Shown: piece by piece, positions 40,469-56,247 of the stretch
Position numbering within the stretch: position 1 is the stretch's first letter
How the letters are laid out: each line of letters opens with the position of its first letter
Assembly (NCBI RefSeq): GCF_009914755.1
Contig: NC_060932.1
Length of the DNA: 64,000 bases
Strand: one strand, 5' to 3'
From: the human T2T-CHM13v2.0 reference genome, Homo sapiens
Notes under the pieces: model-generated
Told to the model about the DNA's origin: nothing
Database searches by the model: none
The model's input: only the letters and a program-made list of their open reading frames with translations
Program-made: the position numbers and the translations under genes

Positions 40469-43369
40469 TGTGGTAGGCAGAATTCCAGGATTGTCCCTGA
40501 GATTCCTGCCTGTTGTGTGCACTCCCTGTATCATTCCTTCCCCTCCAGTGTGAGCAGGACTGTGAAGATGATAGGAAGTCACTGTCATGGTTATATCACT
40601 GATATGGTTTGGCTGTGTCACCTCCCAAAGCTCACCTTGAATTGTAGTTCCCATAATTCACACTGTGTCCTGGGGGGACCTTTTGGGAGGTAATTGAATC
40701 ATAGGGGTTGTTACCTCTATGCTGTTTTTGGGATAGTGAATGAGTTCTCATGAGATCTGATAGTTTTATAAGGGGCTTTTCCCCTTTTGCTTGACACTTC
40801 TCTCTCCTGCTGCTATGTGAAGAAAGACTAGTTTGATTCTCCTTCCACCATGATTGTATGTTTCCTGAGACTTCCCCAGCCATGCAGAACTGTGAGTCAA
40901 TTAAACTTCTTTATGTTATAAATTATCCAGTCTAGGATATTTCTTCATAGCAGCATGAGAATAGACTAATACAGTGAATTGGTACTTCAGAGAGTGGGGT
41001 ACTGCTATAAAGATACCCGAACATGTGGAAGTAACTTTGGAACTGGGTAACAGGCAGAGATTGAAACAGTTTGGAGGGCTCAGAAGAAGACAGGAAAAGG
41101 TAGGAAAGTTTGGAACTTTCTAGAGACTTGGAGGGCTCAGAAGACAGGAAGATGTGGGAAAGTTTGGAACTTCCTAGAGACTTGTTGAATGGCTTTGACC
41201 AAAATGCTGATAGTGATATGGACAATGAAGTCCAGGCTGAGGTGGTCTCAGATGGAGATGAGAAACTTGTTGGGAACTGGAGTAAATGTCACTCTTGCTA
41301 TGCTTTAGCAAAGAGACTGGTGACATTTTGCCCCTGCCCTAGAGATCTGTGGAACTTTGAACTTAAGAGAGGTGATATATGGTATCTGGTGGAAGAAATT
41401 TCTAAGCATCAAAGCCTTGAAGAGGAAGCAGGGCATAAAAGTTTGGAAAATTTGCAGCCTGACAATGCAATAGAAAAGAAAAACCCATTTTCTGAGGAGA
41501 AATTCAAGCCCACTGCAGAAATTTGCATAAGTAACAAGGAGCCAAATGTTAATCATCAAAACAATGAAGAAAATGCTTCCAGGGCATGTCAAGAGACCTG
41601 CACAGCAGCATCTCCTATCACAGCCCTGGAGGTCTAGGAGGGAAATATGGTTTCCTGGGCCTGGCCCAGGGCCACCCTGCTCTATGCAGCCTTGGGACAT
41701 GGTTCCCTGAGTCCCAGGTGCTTCAGCTCCAGCTGTGGCTAAAAGGGGCCAAGGTACAGCTTGGGCCATTGCTTCAGAGGGTACAAGACCCCAGCCTTGG
41801 CAGCTTCCATGTGGTGCTGGTCCTGCAGCTGTGCAGAAGACAAGAAGTGAGGTTTGGGAACCTCCGCCTCCATTTTAGACGATGTATGGAAACGCCTGGA
41901 TTTCCAGGCAGAGGTGTGCTGCAGGGGCAGAGCTCTCATGTAGAACCTCTGCTAGGGCAGTGCAGAAGGAAAACGTGGGTGGCAGCCCCACCACCCCCGC
42001 CCACAGAGTCCCCACTGGGGCACTGCCTAGTGGAGCTGTGAGAAGACAGCCACTGTCCTCTGGACCCCAGAATGGTAGATACAATGACAGCTTGCACTGT
42101 GCACCTGGAAATGCCACAGGCACTCAATGCCAGCCTCTGAAAGCAGCCAGCAGAGGTCTGTATCCTGCAAAGCCACAGGGGTGGAGCTGCCCAAGGCTGT
42201 GAGAACCCACCACTTGCATCAGTGTCACCTGGCTGTAAGACAAGGAGTTACGGAGATCATTTTGGAACTTTAAGGTTTAATGACTACCCTATTGGATTTA
42301 AAACTTCATGGGGCAGCACCTTTGCTTTGGCCAATTTCTCCCACTTGAAATGGGTGTATTTACCCAAGGTCTGTACCCCCATTGTATGTTGGAAGGAACT
42401 AACTTGTGCTTGATTTTACCAGCTCATAGGAGGAAGGGACTTGCCTTGTCTCAGATGAGACTTTGGACTTGGACTTCTGAGTTAATGCTGGAGTGAGTTA
42501 AGACCTTGAGGGACTGTTAAGGAGGCATGTTTTGAAATGTGAGGACATAGAATTTGGGAAGGGCCAGGGGCAGAATAATATAGTTTGGCTGTGTTCCCAT
42601 CCAAGTCTCTTCTTGAAATGTGGTTCCCATAATCTCCACTTGTTGTGGGAGGGACCAGGTGGGAGGTGATTGAATCATAAGGGCAGTTACCCCCATGCTG
42701 TTCTTGTGATAGTGAGTTCTGATGAGATCTGGTTTTATAGGGGGCATTATCCCTTTGCTCAGCACTTCTCTCTCCTGCTACCATGTGAAGAAGGACATGT
42801 TTGCTTCCCCTTCCACCATGACTGTACGTTTCCTGAGGCCTCCCCAGCCATGGGGAGTCAATTAAACCTCTTTCCTTTATAAATTACCCAGCTTCAGGTA
42901 TTTCTTCATAGGGGCATGAGAACAGACTAATACAATCACTAATTAGTGACTTTGAGGTAGTCAAAAGGGACATTATCCAGGTGAGGCTGACCCAATCAGG
43001 TGAGTTCTTCTGAGATATTGAGCCCTCCCTAGAGCCAGAGACATGGTGTGTGAGGGAATGACAGAGCGGCATCTGGTCCTGATGGAAGTCCCTGCCCAAT
43101 AGCTAACAAGACCCTGGGACCTCCAACCTACACACACAAGGACATCAATTCTGCCAGCAACCCGAGGGATCTTGGAAGTGAACTGTTCCCTAGTTGAGGC
43201 TTCAGATGAGAACACAGCCACCTGACATGTTGATTTCAACCTTGTGAGGCCCTGAGCAGAGCTCCCACCCCAGACCCCTCACCCACAGGAGCTGTGAGAG
43301 GGTAAATGCATGTTCTTTTAAGGGGCTAAGTTTGTGGCCATTTGTTATCCAGCAATAGAAAATGAATGT
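40469..43369 (+). mobile_element. MLT1 (E/F-like) LTR split by the THE1D insertion
   Basis: 5' part 'tgtggtaggcagaattcc...' at 40469-40599 and 3' part at 42935-43369 ending 'gctaagtttgtggccatttgttatccagcaatagaaaatgaat'. Confidence 0.8.
40600..42934 (+). mobile_element. Full-length THE1D-like MaLR element (LTR 40600-40973, internal region, LTR 42576-42934)
   Basis: Two homologous LTRs ('tgatatggtttggctgtgt...gactaataca'), a 1.6-kb internal region with a decayed MaLR ORF (41110-41637), and an exact 5-bp TSD ATCAC. Confidence 0.95.
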
Positions 43370-43791
43370 GATTCCATCCAAGTCCTGCCTTCCTGACTTT
43401 ATGATACTCCTGATAATCTCATGCTGATAACTATGTTTTCCTTCTTAGGAAAAATGTAGACATTCATGAGCACTCTATAAGTCATCCAGTTTGTTGTCAT
43501 TTCTAGGATAAACACTGGCCACTTTGTCTTTCTATTACCTCTTGGTAAGAGACTAGCTTCCTTTAGCCTGTCTCTACAGCTGATTCATATTCCTCAGGAG
43601 AAATTCTCTTTGGCTGCTGTACTGTTTTACAGCTCTCTATTTGAACCAATTCTATTATTTTCAATAGCCCAACCTAGACTTGAGTTCACATGCCTGTATG
43701 CATAGATCCAAGGTTTTCACAATGTTTGTGGCTAGCATTTCTATACTTTACCACAATCCTACAGAGGTTTGTGCAAAAATGCTTACCTCTG

Positions 43792-44140
43792 GGCCAGGTG
43801 CAGTGGGTCATACCTGTAATTCTAGCACTCTGGGAGACTGAGGTGGGAGGTTAACTTGAAGCCAGGAGTTGAAGACCAGCCTGGGCAACAAAGAAAGACC
43901 CCCATCTCTACAGAAAAATTTTAAAAATTACCCAGGTGTGGTGGCACACCTCTAGTCACAGCTATTCATGAGGCTGAGGCAGGAGGATCACTTGGGCCCA
44001 GGAGGGCACTGCTGCAGTAAGCTATAATCTCACTGCCACTGCATTCCAGTAGCCTGGGTGACAGAGTGAGACCCTGTCTCTAAAAAAAAAAAAAAAGAAA
44101 GAAAGAAAAAAAAAGAAAAAAACAAAAGAAAAAAGAAAAA
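43792..44140 (+). mobile_element. AluJ with a long A/GAAA tail
   Basis: Diverged dimeric Alu. Confidence 0.92.
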
Positions 44141-44713
44141 GAACAGAAAGCTTCTCTGTGAATCAAAATTAGGAGCTGCTAGTTTCTGGAGTGCAAGTTT
44201 TATTCTTCATGGGAACCCTTTGAAGTAAGTGTGAGTGTTCTCACACTCTTTATACAAGATGAAACTGTATACACTTTATACAAGTATACACTTTATACAA
44301 GATGAAACTGTAAGCAAGAGAGAGAAAGCTACTTGTTCAACAATACTCAAATAGAGAAAGGCAGAGTGTTCACTGGTTTCCAGATCTGGCTGATTCCAAT
44401 ACTTGTGTCTTTTCAATTTTCTAAATTGGCAGCATAGGTAAAGGTAAAAATGGAATGAGAATTGTATAATTTACCATCTAAGAAGGAAAAGAGCCTTTCA
44501 TATTTGCAGGAATCTAAAAGTTATTTTTTTTTTTTAGATTGAGCCTTACATTTTTTTAAAAGTCTCAAACCACAAAATATTTAAAATAACTATTTAGACT
44601 TTGGACAATGAATGTAGTTGTTAACTCCATTACATATGGGGACTAAAAGCTGTTTTATATACACAAGTTTTTTTTTTTTCTCACGCTCCTAAAATACATC
44701 ACCATGAAAGATC

Positions 44714-45224
44714 TGTTGGGAGCAAGCCCCCAAAATCTGGCCATAAACTGGCCCCAAAACTGGCCATAAACAAAATCTCTGCAGCACTGTAACATGTTCA
44801 TAATGGCCATAATGCCCAAGCTGGAAGGTTGTGGGTTTACGGGAATAGGGCAAGGAACACCTGGCCCACCCAGGGCGGAAAACCGCTTAAAGGCATTCTT
44901 AAGCCACAAACAATAGCATGAGTGATCTGTGTGTTAAGGATGCTTTCCTGCTGCAGTTAACTAGCCCAACCTATTCCTTTAATTTGGCCCATCCCTTCGT
45001 TTCCCATAAGGAATACTTTTAGTTAATTTAATATCTATAGAAACAATGCTAATGACTGGTTTGCTATTCATAAATATGTGGGTAAATCTCTGTTTTGGGC
45101 TTTCAGCTCTGAAGGCTGTGAGACCCCTGATTTCCCACTTCACACCTCTATATTTCTGTGTGTGTGTCTTTAATTCCTCTAGCACCGCTGGGTTAGGGTC
45201 TCCTCGACTGAGCTGGTCTTGGCA
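44714..45224 (+). mobile_element. MER9 solo LTR (HERV-K HML-3)
   Basis: 511 bp running 'tgttgggagcaagcccccaaaatctggccataaactggcccc...gagctggtcttggca', with AGATC duplicated on both sides. Confidence 0.92.
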
Positions 45225-45612
45225 AGATCTGACTGAAAAAAAAGGCTGTGGACTCACAAAAGTGCTATCTATATAAAGGCTTCCCAAAATGCCCTTTAGC
45301 ATACTTGTCCTTGCATTCTTGCATTCAACTAATATCTAGTTCACACCTACTTTATTCCATGTACTCCTCCAAGTATTTGGTAGATATTAAAAATTGTCAC
45401 TGAATACAATTGATGTTCCAAACATCCAATACAGAGATGTTTTTCTCTGTTTTCAAAGTTTACACTTTAGTTTTTATCCTTGTGGTTGTTCCAAAGATTA
45501 TTATGGTTTTTGTAATAATATAATAAGTTCATAATATTTTCAGGCAGAGTTTTGATTTCCTCAGATGTATTCATCTGTGACCTATCTTCCCTTATTAAAA
45601 AAAATGGTTTCT

Positions 45613-45910
<298 letters not shown>

Positions 45911-46358
45911 AAAAAAAATGGTTTCCAACAAAATAGACACAGGACTAGGTATTGTGATAACCAATGATATGTTTTCCCATTGTTTAATTTACATTCTGTC
46001 CCCTTAGCTTGAAATACATAAGACCTAATACTTAGGTGTGTCAGTGTCCTTATTGTCCTCTCAGTGGCTGCCTGCAAACAGATAGGGTGGAGTTCTTGTT
46101 TTCAAGTCCTAAGTCAGTGTGTTCCCGACCAGGTCACATCCAACATTTCCCATTTTTAGGTGCATTCCTAAAGATTCTTTGAACTAGATGACAAGTACAA
46201 TAACGACTACAATGATCATAATTACAGTGAAATAATTCCACACTGTGCTTTTGTGTAATCTATGGTAATCAGTATTACACATACTTGGAATTATAATAGT
46301 GTAAAACTATGAGATCCCTGTCCCTTCCATCTCAAAGGCAATTTTAACAGTAAGTATA

Positions 46359-47032
<674 letters not shown>

Positions 47033-47072
47033 GTATACTATTGTTAATTTTTTTTATTTTAAAAATAAATAT

Positions 47073-47477
<405 letters not shown>

Positions 47478-50400
47478 CTACTTCATCAGAATATTTTGTT
47501 TGGGGGAAAAAGTGTTTTTGAGTACTTATCGTGTCCTAGGCCTATGTAAGTATCTTTCTATGTGTCATCAATGTAATTTAATTTAGCATTCACAGTAGGA
47601 TTATGAGTTGGGTATTTTATCAGCATTATTTTATATTTTGTTGCCAAACTAGGCAATTGCTCATATTCTGTGCTTTGTACACAGTAGTTCTAGGATTTGA
47701 TTAACTGATGTTTGACACTTAGGTAAGGATTTTCTTTTTCCCCCTCACTTATCTGACTGTATCAAAGAGTGGGTCACTTATGTTAGGTTAAGATGTGTGG
47801 ATCTGGTGACACCAATGCTATGTGTACCACCATTCATTAAGGTTAACTTGAACATTGATCATCTGCTTCTAATTCAAAGTCTCTTCACTACATCATTGCT
47901 ACCCTTAGCGGAAGAAATTATTAGATCCAGGCTTGTGAATGTCACGTGGAAATACATGGTAATTTGCTAGAAATGTACAGCAAATGTATGCTTCATTATA
48001 TACTTCATGTTATGTCACGTCACCCTTTTGGTTGTGAGCACTGGCCTAACCTGGCAGCAACACACACGTTGTTCTTCACAAGCACTTGCTTGGGTTGTAA
48101 CAGTGCCTGCCTTTGTTGTCATCCAAAACACACTGGATTATTAAAAATAATCAGACTAATAGGTATATTCTTACTAGATCACAGAAGCTAGTATCTCAGA
48201 CTTGAATCTGTGTTCTTTTAGCTTTCATTGTAATTTATCTGTGAGAAAATGGAGTAAAAGAATATAAAGTGAAAACATGTTTTCCTCTATATTTTCTCAG
48301 TACAGATATTGTTATTCTAATCAGATTTGTAAAGTCTACTTAACAAACAACTAGTATCCTCAATTTTAGAAAATTATTATCATACCAAATATGAAGTTTT
48401 GATTTCCTCTTGAAGCAAAAATTTATAATTGGAGTATCAGAAATTGCTCAGAAGCTTTAGGAGAATTTCATTTTTGTCTGAGTAACCAGCTAAATTACTG
48501 ATTAAGTGAGAATTAGAATCGAATATAACTGAAATATTATCAGGAAAGTGACACAAAACAGAACAAAAGAACAAAAGAACAAGTTTACTGGCTCTGCAGG
48601 CTTCATTATCATGTCTGCTCAATTTGACTTAAAATGTCTTACTATTGATATGGTGATAATACCTCAGCTCTTGTTAAAATTAATCCCAATGAATATCAAG
48701 TGCAAGGACAAGTGACGCATCATATATAAGAGCATAAGCCTATTTACAAGGATTGCAGCCACTGAGCCATATTCTCAAGTCCAAAGGTTCAAATACCATC
48801 TTGTTCCATTTGCTGAAGAATCACAAATTCAAATGATAGAATTTTAAAACATGAGCTAGGCAGGTGAATAACCAGACAACTGCCCAGAAAACAGAATGCT
48901 AATTGTACTTAATCGTGCTCATAGCTTTGATTAAGTGGCCCTCTACCTGGCTTTCAAAACTCCAGAGTCCTCCAACACTGTGCTGAGTCCTCAGCTTCAA
49001 TTTTCCTGAACAAGCCTTAAATTATGGAGCTTTCCTACTGAAACATCTTCAGGGGCCACACCCTGCACAAAAGTTTTCTATCAAATATATTATATTTTCA
49101 CATTCTTGTATTTGGGGCTTTCAAACTGCATGATCTTCCCATGCCCTCCATTACAGAGCATGCATGATAGGCAAATTGGAAACTAGCTGTTACCGAAGGA
49201 GAGCTCCAGGGGTGTGACTTCCTGGCTTTACTGTAAAAACTCCGTCACCAGACGAGCCCCCTTCCTAATACCCATGGTTCAAAATCCACCATGTCCTGGA
49301 AGACCCACCTAAAATTCTCTTTCTGTCAAGTGGCAAACTCTTCTAGCTTTGCTCACCGACAGTGACACCTCTTGCAGCTCCAACCTCACTTCCCTTCAGG
49401 TGTGCAATCTGCACCTGAGTCCTGGTGTGGTGGTCGCGGTACACTTGCCTCATATCCCCTAATGGATTAGAAGCTGCTGAAAGGCTGCGACTGTGTCTTA
49501 GTCATCTTCGTGTCCCTCAAGAGTCCACCACTGTGCTGTACACATAGTAGGGCCTCAGAAACCTGTGAGAAAAAAAGTACATTGATTCCCTGCAACAATT
49601 TCTGCAATTCCTGATAATAAGCATTTTCACAGGATAGATATTTTCTATTCATTAAAGAAAAATACAATTTGATCAGGCACAAAGGCCAGGAAGGGCCATG
49701 GCTGCAATATTATGCACAGTGGGGGAAAAATCACCCCCGTTGGAAGACCTTTATAAAAACAGAGAATGTGTTCCTGGTGTAGCAGCTATTTATTTTTCTC
49801 ATATGTAGTATATTTTAAAAAATGCAGTAATAATCAGAAGCAGGCCGCACTGCTTCAGTTTTTGCCACTCTCCTGATTCCCTGTGCTTCCCTCTCCCCAC
49901 CCTCTGGTAAGATCTGTGAAAGGGCAGCCCGGACCACAGTCAGATGCTGCAAAAGTGTTTTAATTATGCTGGCACGACAGCTGGACATCAGCAATGATAT
50001 ACTTCTGATAGCTACTGGAGACACACACCAGTGACATTCAGGGGAAACCACTTTGTTCTGATAGACAGTGTTCATTGAAATATCAAATAAATGATTCCCT
50101 ATGCAATCAACATAATTTATTGGCATTTACAAAGTATATAATATACAATTACTCGTAAAGTTAATCAGGACATTAATCATTTCATATTGATAGTATTTAT
50201 AATAACACCTACTAACTTTGATATATTTATTGAGCAATTCAAAGCATGTTACAAAAACCCTTTTTATTTTCTATGGAAGTGTACATTGCTGCTCTTACTA
50301 TAAATAGGATACATGTATATAGCACCATCCCCTGCATCCTTCCATTAGCTTAGTGAAAAAGACAGACTATTACCGTTACATACAAAATTATTATGTATGC

Positions 50401-53132
50401 ATTATTTATCAATTATAGAGCACCACTTAAAATGTATTTGTTGTCTGACATTATCAGTGCATTGCCAAATTTATTACATGAACAAAAATAGACTGGTACA
50501 TGACCACAAAGTATAAATGACAAAGAAGGCTTCACTTCAGAGGCTGGCCTGCATGGTAGAGCAGCTTGAGGGGAAAGCAAATAAAGGCCAGAGAGCGGAG
50601 ACAGGCTGGCGGGAGAGCCTTCTCGGGGCTCAGGATCTGAAGGCCTCAGATTCTGCTGACCTCTGGATGACAGGCTGACAAAGAGGGGGTGAAAAACACC
50701 ATTCTTGCCTGAAAAGATTCCTGCCCTTATATTTTATTCCTTTTCTGTGTGAAGAAGGGCAACTTTCTATTATAGCTCAGTTTTATGGCTTTTTTTCTTT
50801 ATGTTCCCTAATTTTGCTTACTCCTCTTTAATTTTCCCAAGGAGAAAAATGATTTTCTTTTTTTTTTAAGTGGTGACTGCTACAGTGAACTGTTAAACTC
50901 TAAACACACACTGAGCATATATTTGGACGTTAATTAGACGCCTTGAATTCCCAAAGATCATTGTGGCAGAGTTGTAAGTCAGCTTTTCAGTATTGCTCCA
51001 GTAGAGTAGAAGTTTTTGTTTAATAAAGTCATAAGTTTAAATTAAAATACATATAGGAAGTGCCATAAACATCATCTTCACACTGTAAAATTTCCAAATG
51101 TGTAAGCAGAGGATAATAAAGGCGTATATTTCTGTCCTATGAAGGCCGATATATTATTTCCCTTGAGCTTATGCCAATGTCATTCACAGTGCTGAGAGAA
51201 TTAAATGTGGACTTCAATACTCCAGGCTCCAATGTCAAGATGTTTCAGGAAAAGAAGAGTAGATACTTCCCTATCTATCGAATAATATTAATGGAGGCAA
51301 TTAAACTAATATGTATATCCAGAATGCTAATGTATTATTTAACATTAGCAATAAGCACTTTCCTTGATATATGAAACGAAGCACCTGCTAAGCTTGATGA
51401 GAATATTATTTTCCCATAGTCAAGCACTATGAGAAGACAACCATTGTTAATTGTGTCTCTGTAAGAAAAATGTATCAAAATTAAGCTTTTTCATGTCCTC
51501 AGTGCAGTTTCCAACACAGCAAAGACAAATTAGATGTTTGCTTTGGTTTGTAAAAATGGATATTATAGTTATTGAAGTCTTAATTTTAAAAACACACGTC
51601 TTTAAGCTTTTAGGCTCAGCTTATAAATCCTCTTATTCCAAATATGAATCTAGCAACTTTTAACATTGCATTAATCGAGGTCTTTATTTATAAGTTCAGT
51701 TATCATTTTAACTACATTTATAAAATGTACTTGATTTTATCTTTAAGTATACCAATTTTCTGCCTGATAACATTTTCTTAGTTTTTTCACAAGTCTTACA
51801 ATTTAATGATTTAATATCCTTATATTTAGTAAAAGTCTATATTCTAAATTTATTAAAGTCTGATTTCTTTTTCTAGTAGGCTAATTTTTCTTAAAATGTT
51901 CAAGAACATAAAATACAAAATGTTCACAGATTTCTAAATGCCTGGATATTACCATCTCTTGACTGTAATTACATGAGACTTGATATTACAGTCTCATGAC
52001 TTACAGTCTCTTGAACATTCTATTTAATATTCTAAATCTTCCTGAGACACAGTGGACCGCTAGCTTCATGGTTCATTGGGCTCATGAATCAGCGATTCTG
52101 GCTGAGTTGGGATCTGGAGCTGGAGCTCCAGGACAAACACTCTTACCACTCAGGCTGTGACACTAAAGCCTTCACTAAAGTTGCCCTTCATAAGCTTCTT
52201 AGGATGTGGGTGGACCTGACTTGCCCCTGAACTCTTGTCTCTCATGGCTACCTGCAAACACACAACATATTATACCACTGTCACATTTGATCAGATTTTG
52301 TAATTCTTTGTTTCTTAAGTTACATAATATATTTTCTTAAGTTATTTAAATATATTTCTAATACTAAAGCCATTGGAACCTGACAGAATCCAAATACAGA
52401 ATCATTTGTAACACTGCATGACATGTATGAATAATGAAGTGATACGCTGCTGAATTCAGTATCTCTTATGACTTTGTATGAGCTTTTTATCACCACTTGG
52501 ATTACCTACTGCCAAAAAGAATGCCACGAGACTGAGTATTAAATCCTAAATGACCCTGGTAAGAAATATTAATCATATTGAAGAAATGTCATGGAGAATT
52601 CCTTTACCTTAGTATGCAGGTACATGGTCCCAAGCCTCTGTGGTCTCTCCTTGGCCGGGCTAGTCCTTGACTTTCGGACCACTTTCGCTCAGATTCCAGA
52701 CACCAGTTTCTCCTGTTACTGGCTCCTGTTTACACTTCTAAGTGGCAGCTGGAGGAAGGTGCCTCCCACACAGGAACAAGCTGGAGAACCACCTATGCCT
52801 GAGTCATGTGGCTTTTCTAATGCTAAGACATTCAAAGTGGAAGACTCTACATAAAAACCTCCCAAACCAAAATGCCGTCCAAAGAAATAAATTAGACAAA
52901 GAAAAATGATTAAGTCTATTTTTAGGTGTGATCTCTGCTTTGTGGCTAGAAACTCCAAGGCTGGGACACTGGCCCAGGTACATGACTGGAAGCCACTTTG
53001 TCCTTGTTTCACACAGGGTTCTTTTTTCCTAGACAGTGACTATAATGAAAGGTAAGGAAACTATTGAAAGTCTACCAGAATTAGTTTTGTATAAACACTC
53101 ATATATCAGAATGCCGAGTTATTTGATTAAAT

Positions 53133-53439
53133 TTATTTATTTATTTTTGAGACAGCATCTCACTCTGATACCTAGGACAGGATGCAGTGGTGTGATCACA
53201 GCTCACTGCAGCCTCAACCTTCCGGGACTCAGGTGGTCCTCCCACCTCAGCCTCCTGAGCAGCTGGGACTACAGGTATAGACCACGATGACAGGCTAATT
53301 TTAGTATTTTTTTTGTAGAGATGTGGTTTTGCCATGTTGCCCAAGCTGGTCTTGAGCTCCTGGGCTCAAGTGACCCTGACCCGCCTACCTTGGCCTCCCA
53401 AAGTGCTGTGACTACAGGCATGAGCCAGCCTGCCGGGCC
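53133..53439 (-). mobile_element. AluJ
   Basis: Antisense Alu; 'gatcacagctcactgcagcctcaacc'. Confidence 0.9.
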
Positions 53440-54029
53440 CCAAGTTATTTATTTTAAATGAGATGCAAAATAGTCATAGGAGCATGATTTCACTGGTCTA
53501 TAAGACCAGATTATTTTTACATTGTAAATACATTTATTTTAATAGGCAATTCACACTCTGATAATGGACTTGTCTGCATAGAATTACCAAAAAAATTTCA
53601 TAAAAGATTTTGCATGTTCAATCATAGCATAAAGAGATAACAATATGAATAGCCTTGCAAAGGAGTAAGGAACCTGAAAAGCTGCTAGATGCAGGATGTG
53701 CTTTACAGGAAGTGGGTCTGATTTGCTTCCTTGTTATCTCCATTCCTGTGGCTAAAACAGTGTCAGCCCTTTGCAGGGAATTGCTAAGTTTTTATACAAC
53801 AATATCATAGAACAGTATGTAACTACATTTGCCTCTACGACTTAGATTTTCTGAGCTATATATATTGGCCAGTGACTTTTGACAAAATTTGACTAGATAT
53901 GCTAGTGATTTGATCAGGTTACAGGTAAATTTTTAAAGCCTGAGAGTCACCTTCACTCATGAAGTTAACTTTGTGTATTTCCAATCAGATGGATTATTTA
54001 CATCAATTTTCATCAGCTCACAAATAAAA

Positions 54030-54310
54030 ACTGAGTACTTACCATAGGCCAGATACTGTTCTAAGTCTCAGGAACAGGGTTATAACTCTCCTTGGCCTTC
54101 AGCTATGAACAAAACAGCCATGGTTCCTTCTATCAGGGAATTCTTGCTTCTTGGTTGAAGGGTGTAGTCAATAATCAAGTCAACATGCAAAAGAAAAGCA
54201 CAATTTAAGATGTCTATAATTGAGTGGCAATCAGTGGGAAGTCTTAATTGTACAGATGAGATGTTTTAGCTGAGTTCTAAATGACAAGTCATCTTCAAGT
54301 TCAGCTTGGA
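54030..54310 (-). mobile_element. L2 3' end remnant
   Basis: 'actgagtacttaccataggccagatactgttctaag...tgaacaaaacagccatggttcc'. Confidence 0.6.
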
Positions 54311-54949
54311 AGTAAAAATATAGTTTTCTATAATTCTGAGTTCTTAGGGAAAGTATGTGCAAAGTATACAGTTATATAAAAATACACAGTCACATACCTT
54401 TAAGTATTATAGCATCAATTTGAATACACATTTTAATTAAAATTTGATTATTATATGCTTCTATATACTTCTATAATCTACATAGAATGATGTTAATATT
54501 CCAAATTAACATTATTTTCATTTATTTCAGGCAATCAAAATCTACATGTTTATTAAATCAAAATATATTTAAAAGTTTTAATACTTAATTGTGACCCATG
54601 TAATCTCTTCCTGATACTGGGACTAAACAAGGATCTCCTGCCCATTCAAAATGTACAGAGATTCTGGGCAATTATCATAAGGCAAGAGCAATAAATTCAC
54701 AGCATAAGTAATGAAAGAAAGGAAGTGTCACTTTTTAAAGATAACATATTGTGTTGTCTGAACACAGAAAATCCAAAAAGATCTACAAACGATATTGTAT
54801 TTCTCCACAAATTATAGGTTCAATACAACCTTAGGAAGTTTTTCTTTTTTTTTTTTTTTTAGTTAACCATTTGCAATTTGATTCTAACATTCATGTAAAA
54901 AATGCAAATACCAATAACAGACAAGTCCGTCTTGTAAGGAACAGAATGA

Positions 54950-55680
<731 letters not shown>

Positions 55681-55877
55681 AGAAAGGAGGGGCAAGGCTG
55701 AAGAGTTCAACATTTAAAAAGTGGAGTCAGCTTTAAAGAAAGGTAACTAATAAAACGACAGCATTCATTTTTAAAAGTTACTAAAATGAAAGCAAACAAA
55801 ATAAATTGCGTTATATAAATACTGACGGAGATAGAAAAACCTGATGTTTGTTAGTTTACATTTAAATTCTGAGTTTA

Positions 55878-56247
<370 letters not shown>

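Noticed and set aside
41071-41182. About 55-bp tandem duplication in the THE1 internal region
   Set aside because: I recall this duplication in many THE1C/D internal copies, so it is probably a subfamily feature and not locus-specific.
41110-41637. Longest ORF in the window (175 aa)
   Set aside because: It lies in the THE1 internal region and is the decayed MaLR ORF, not a host gene.
44735-44772. Triple 'tggccataaac/tggccccaaaac' repeat
   Set aside because: Part of the MER9 LTR consensus.
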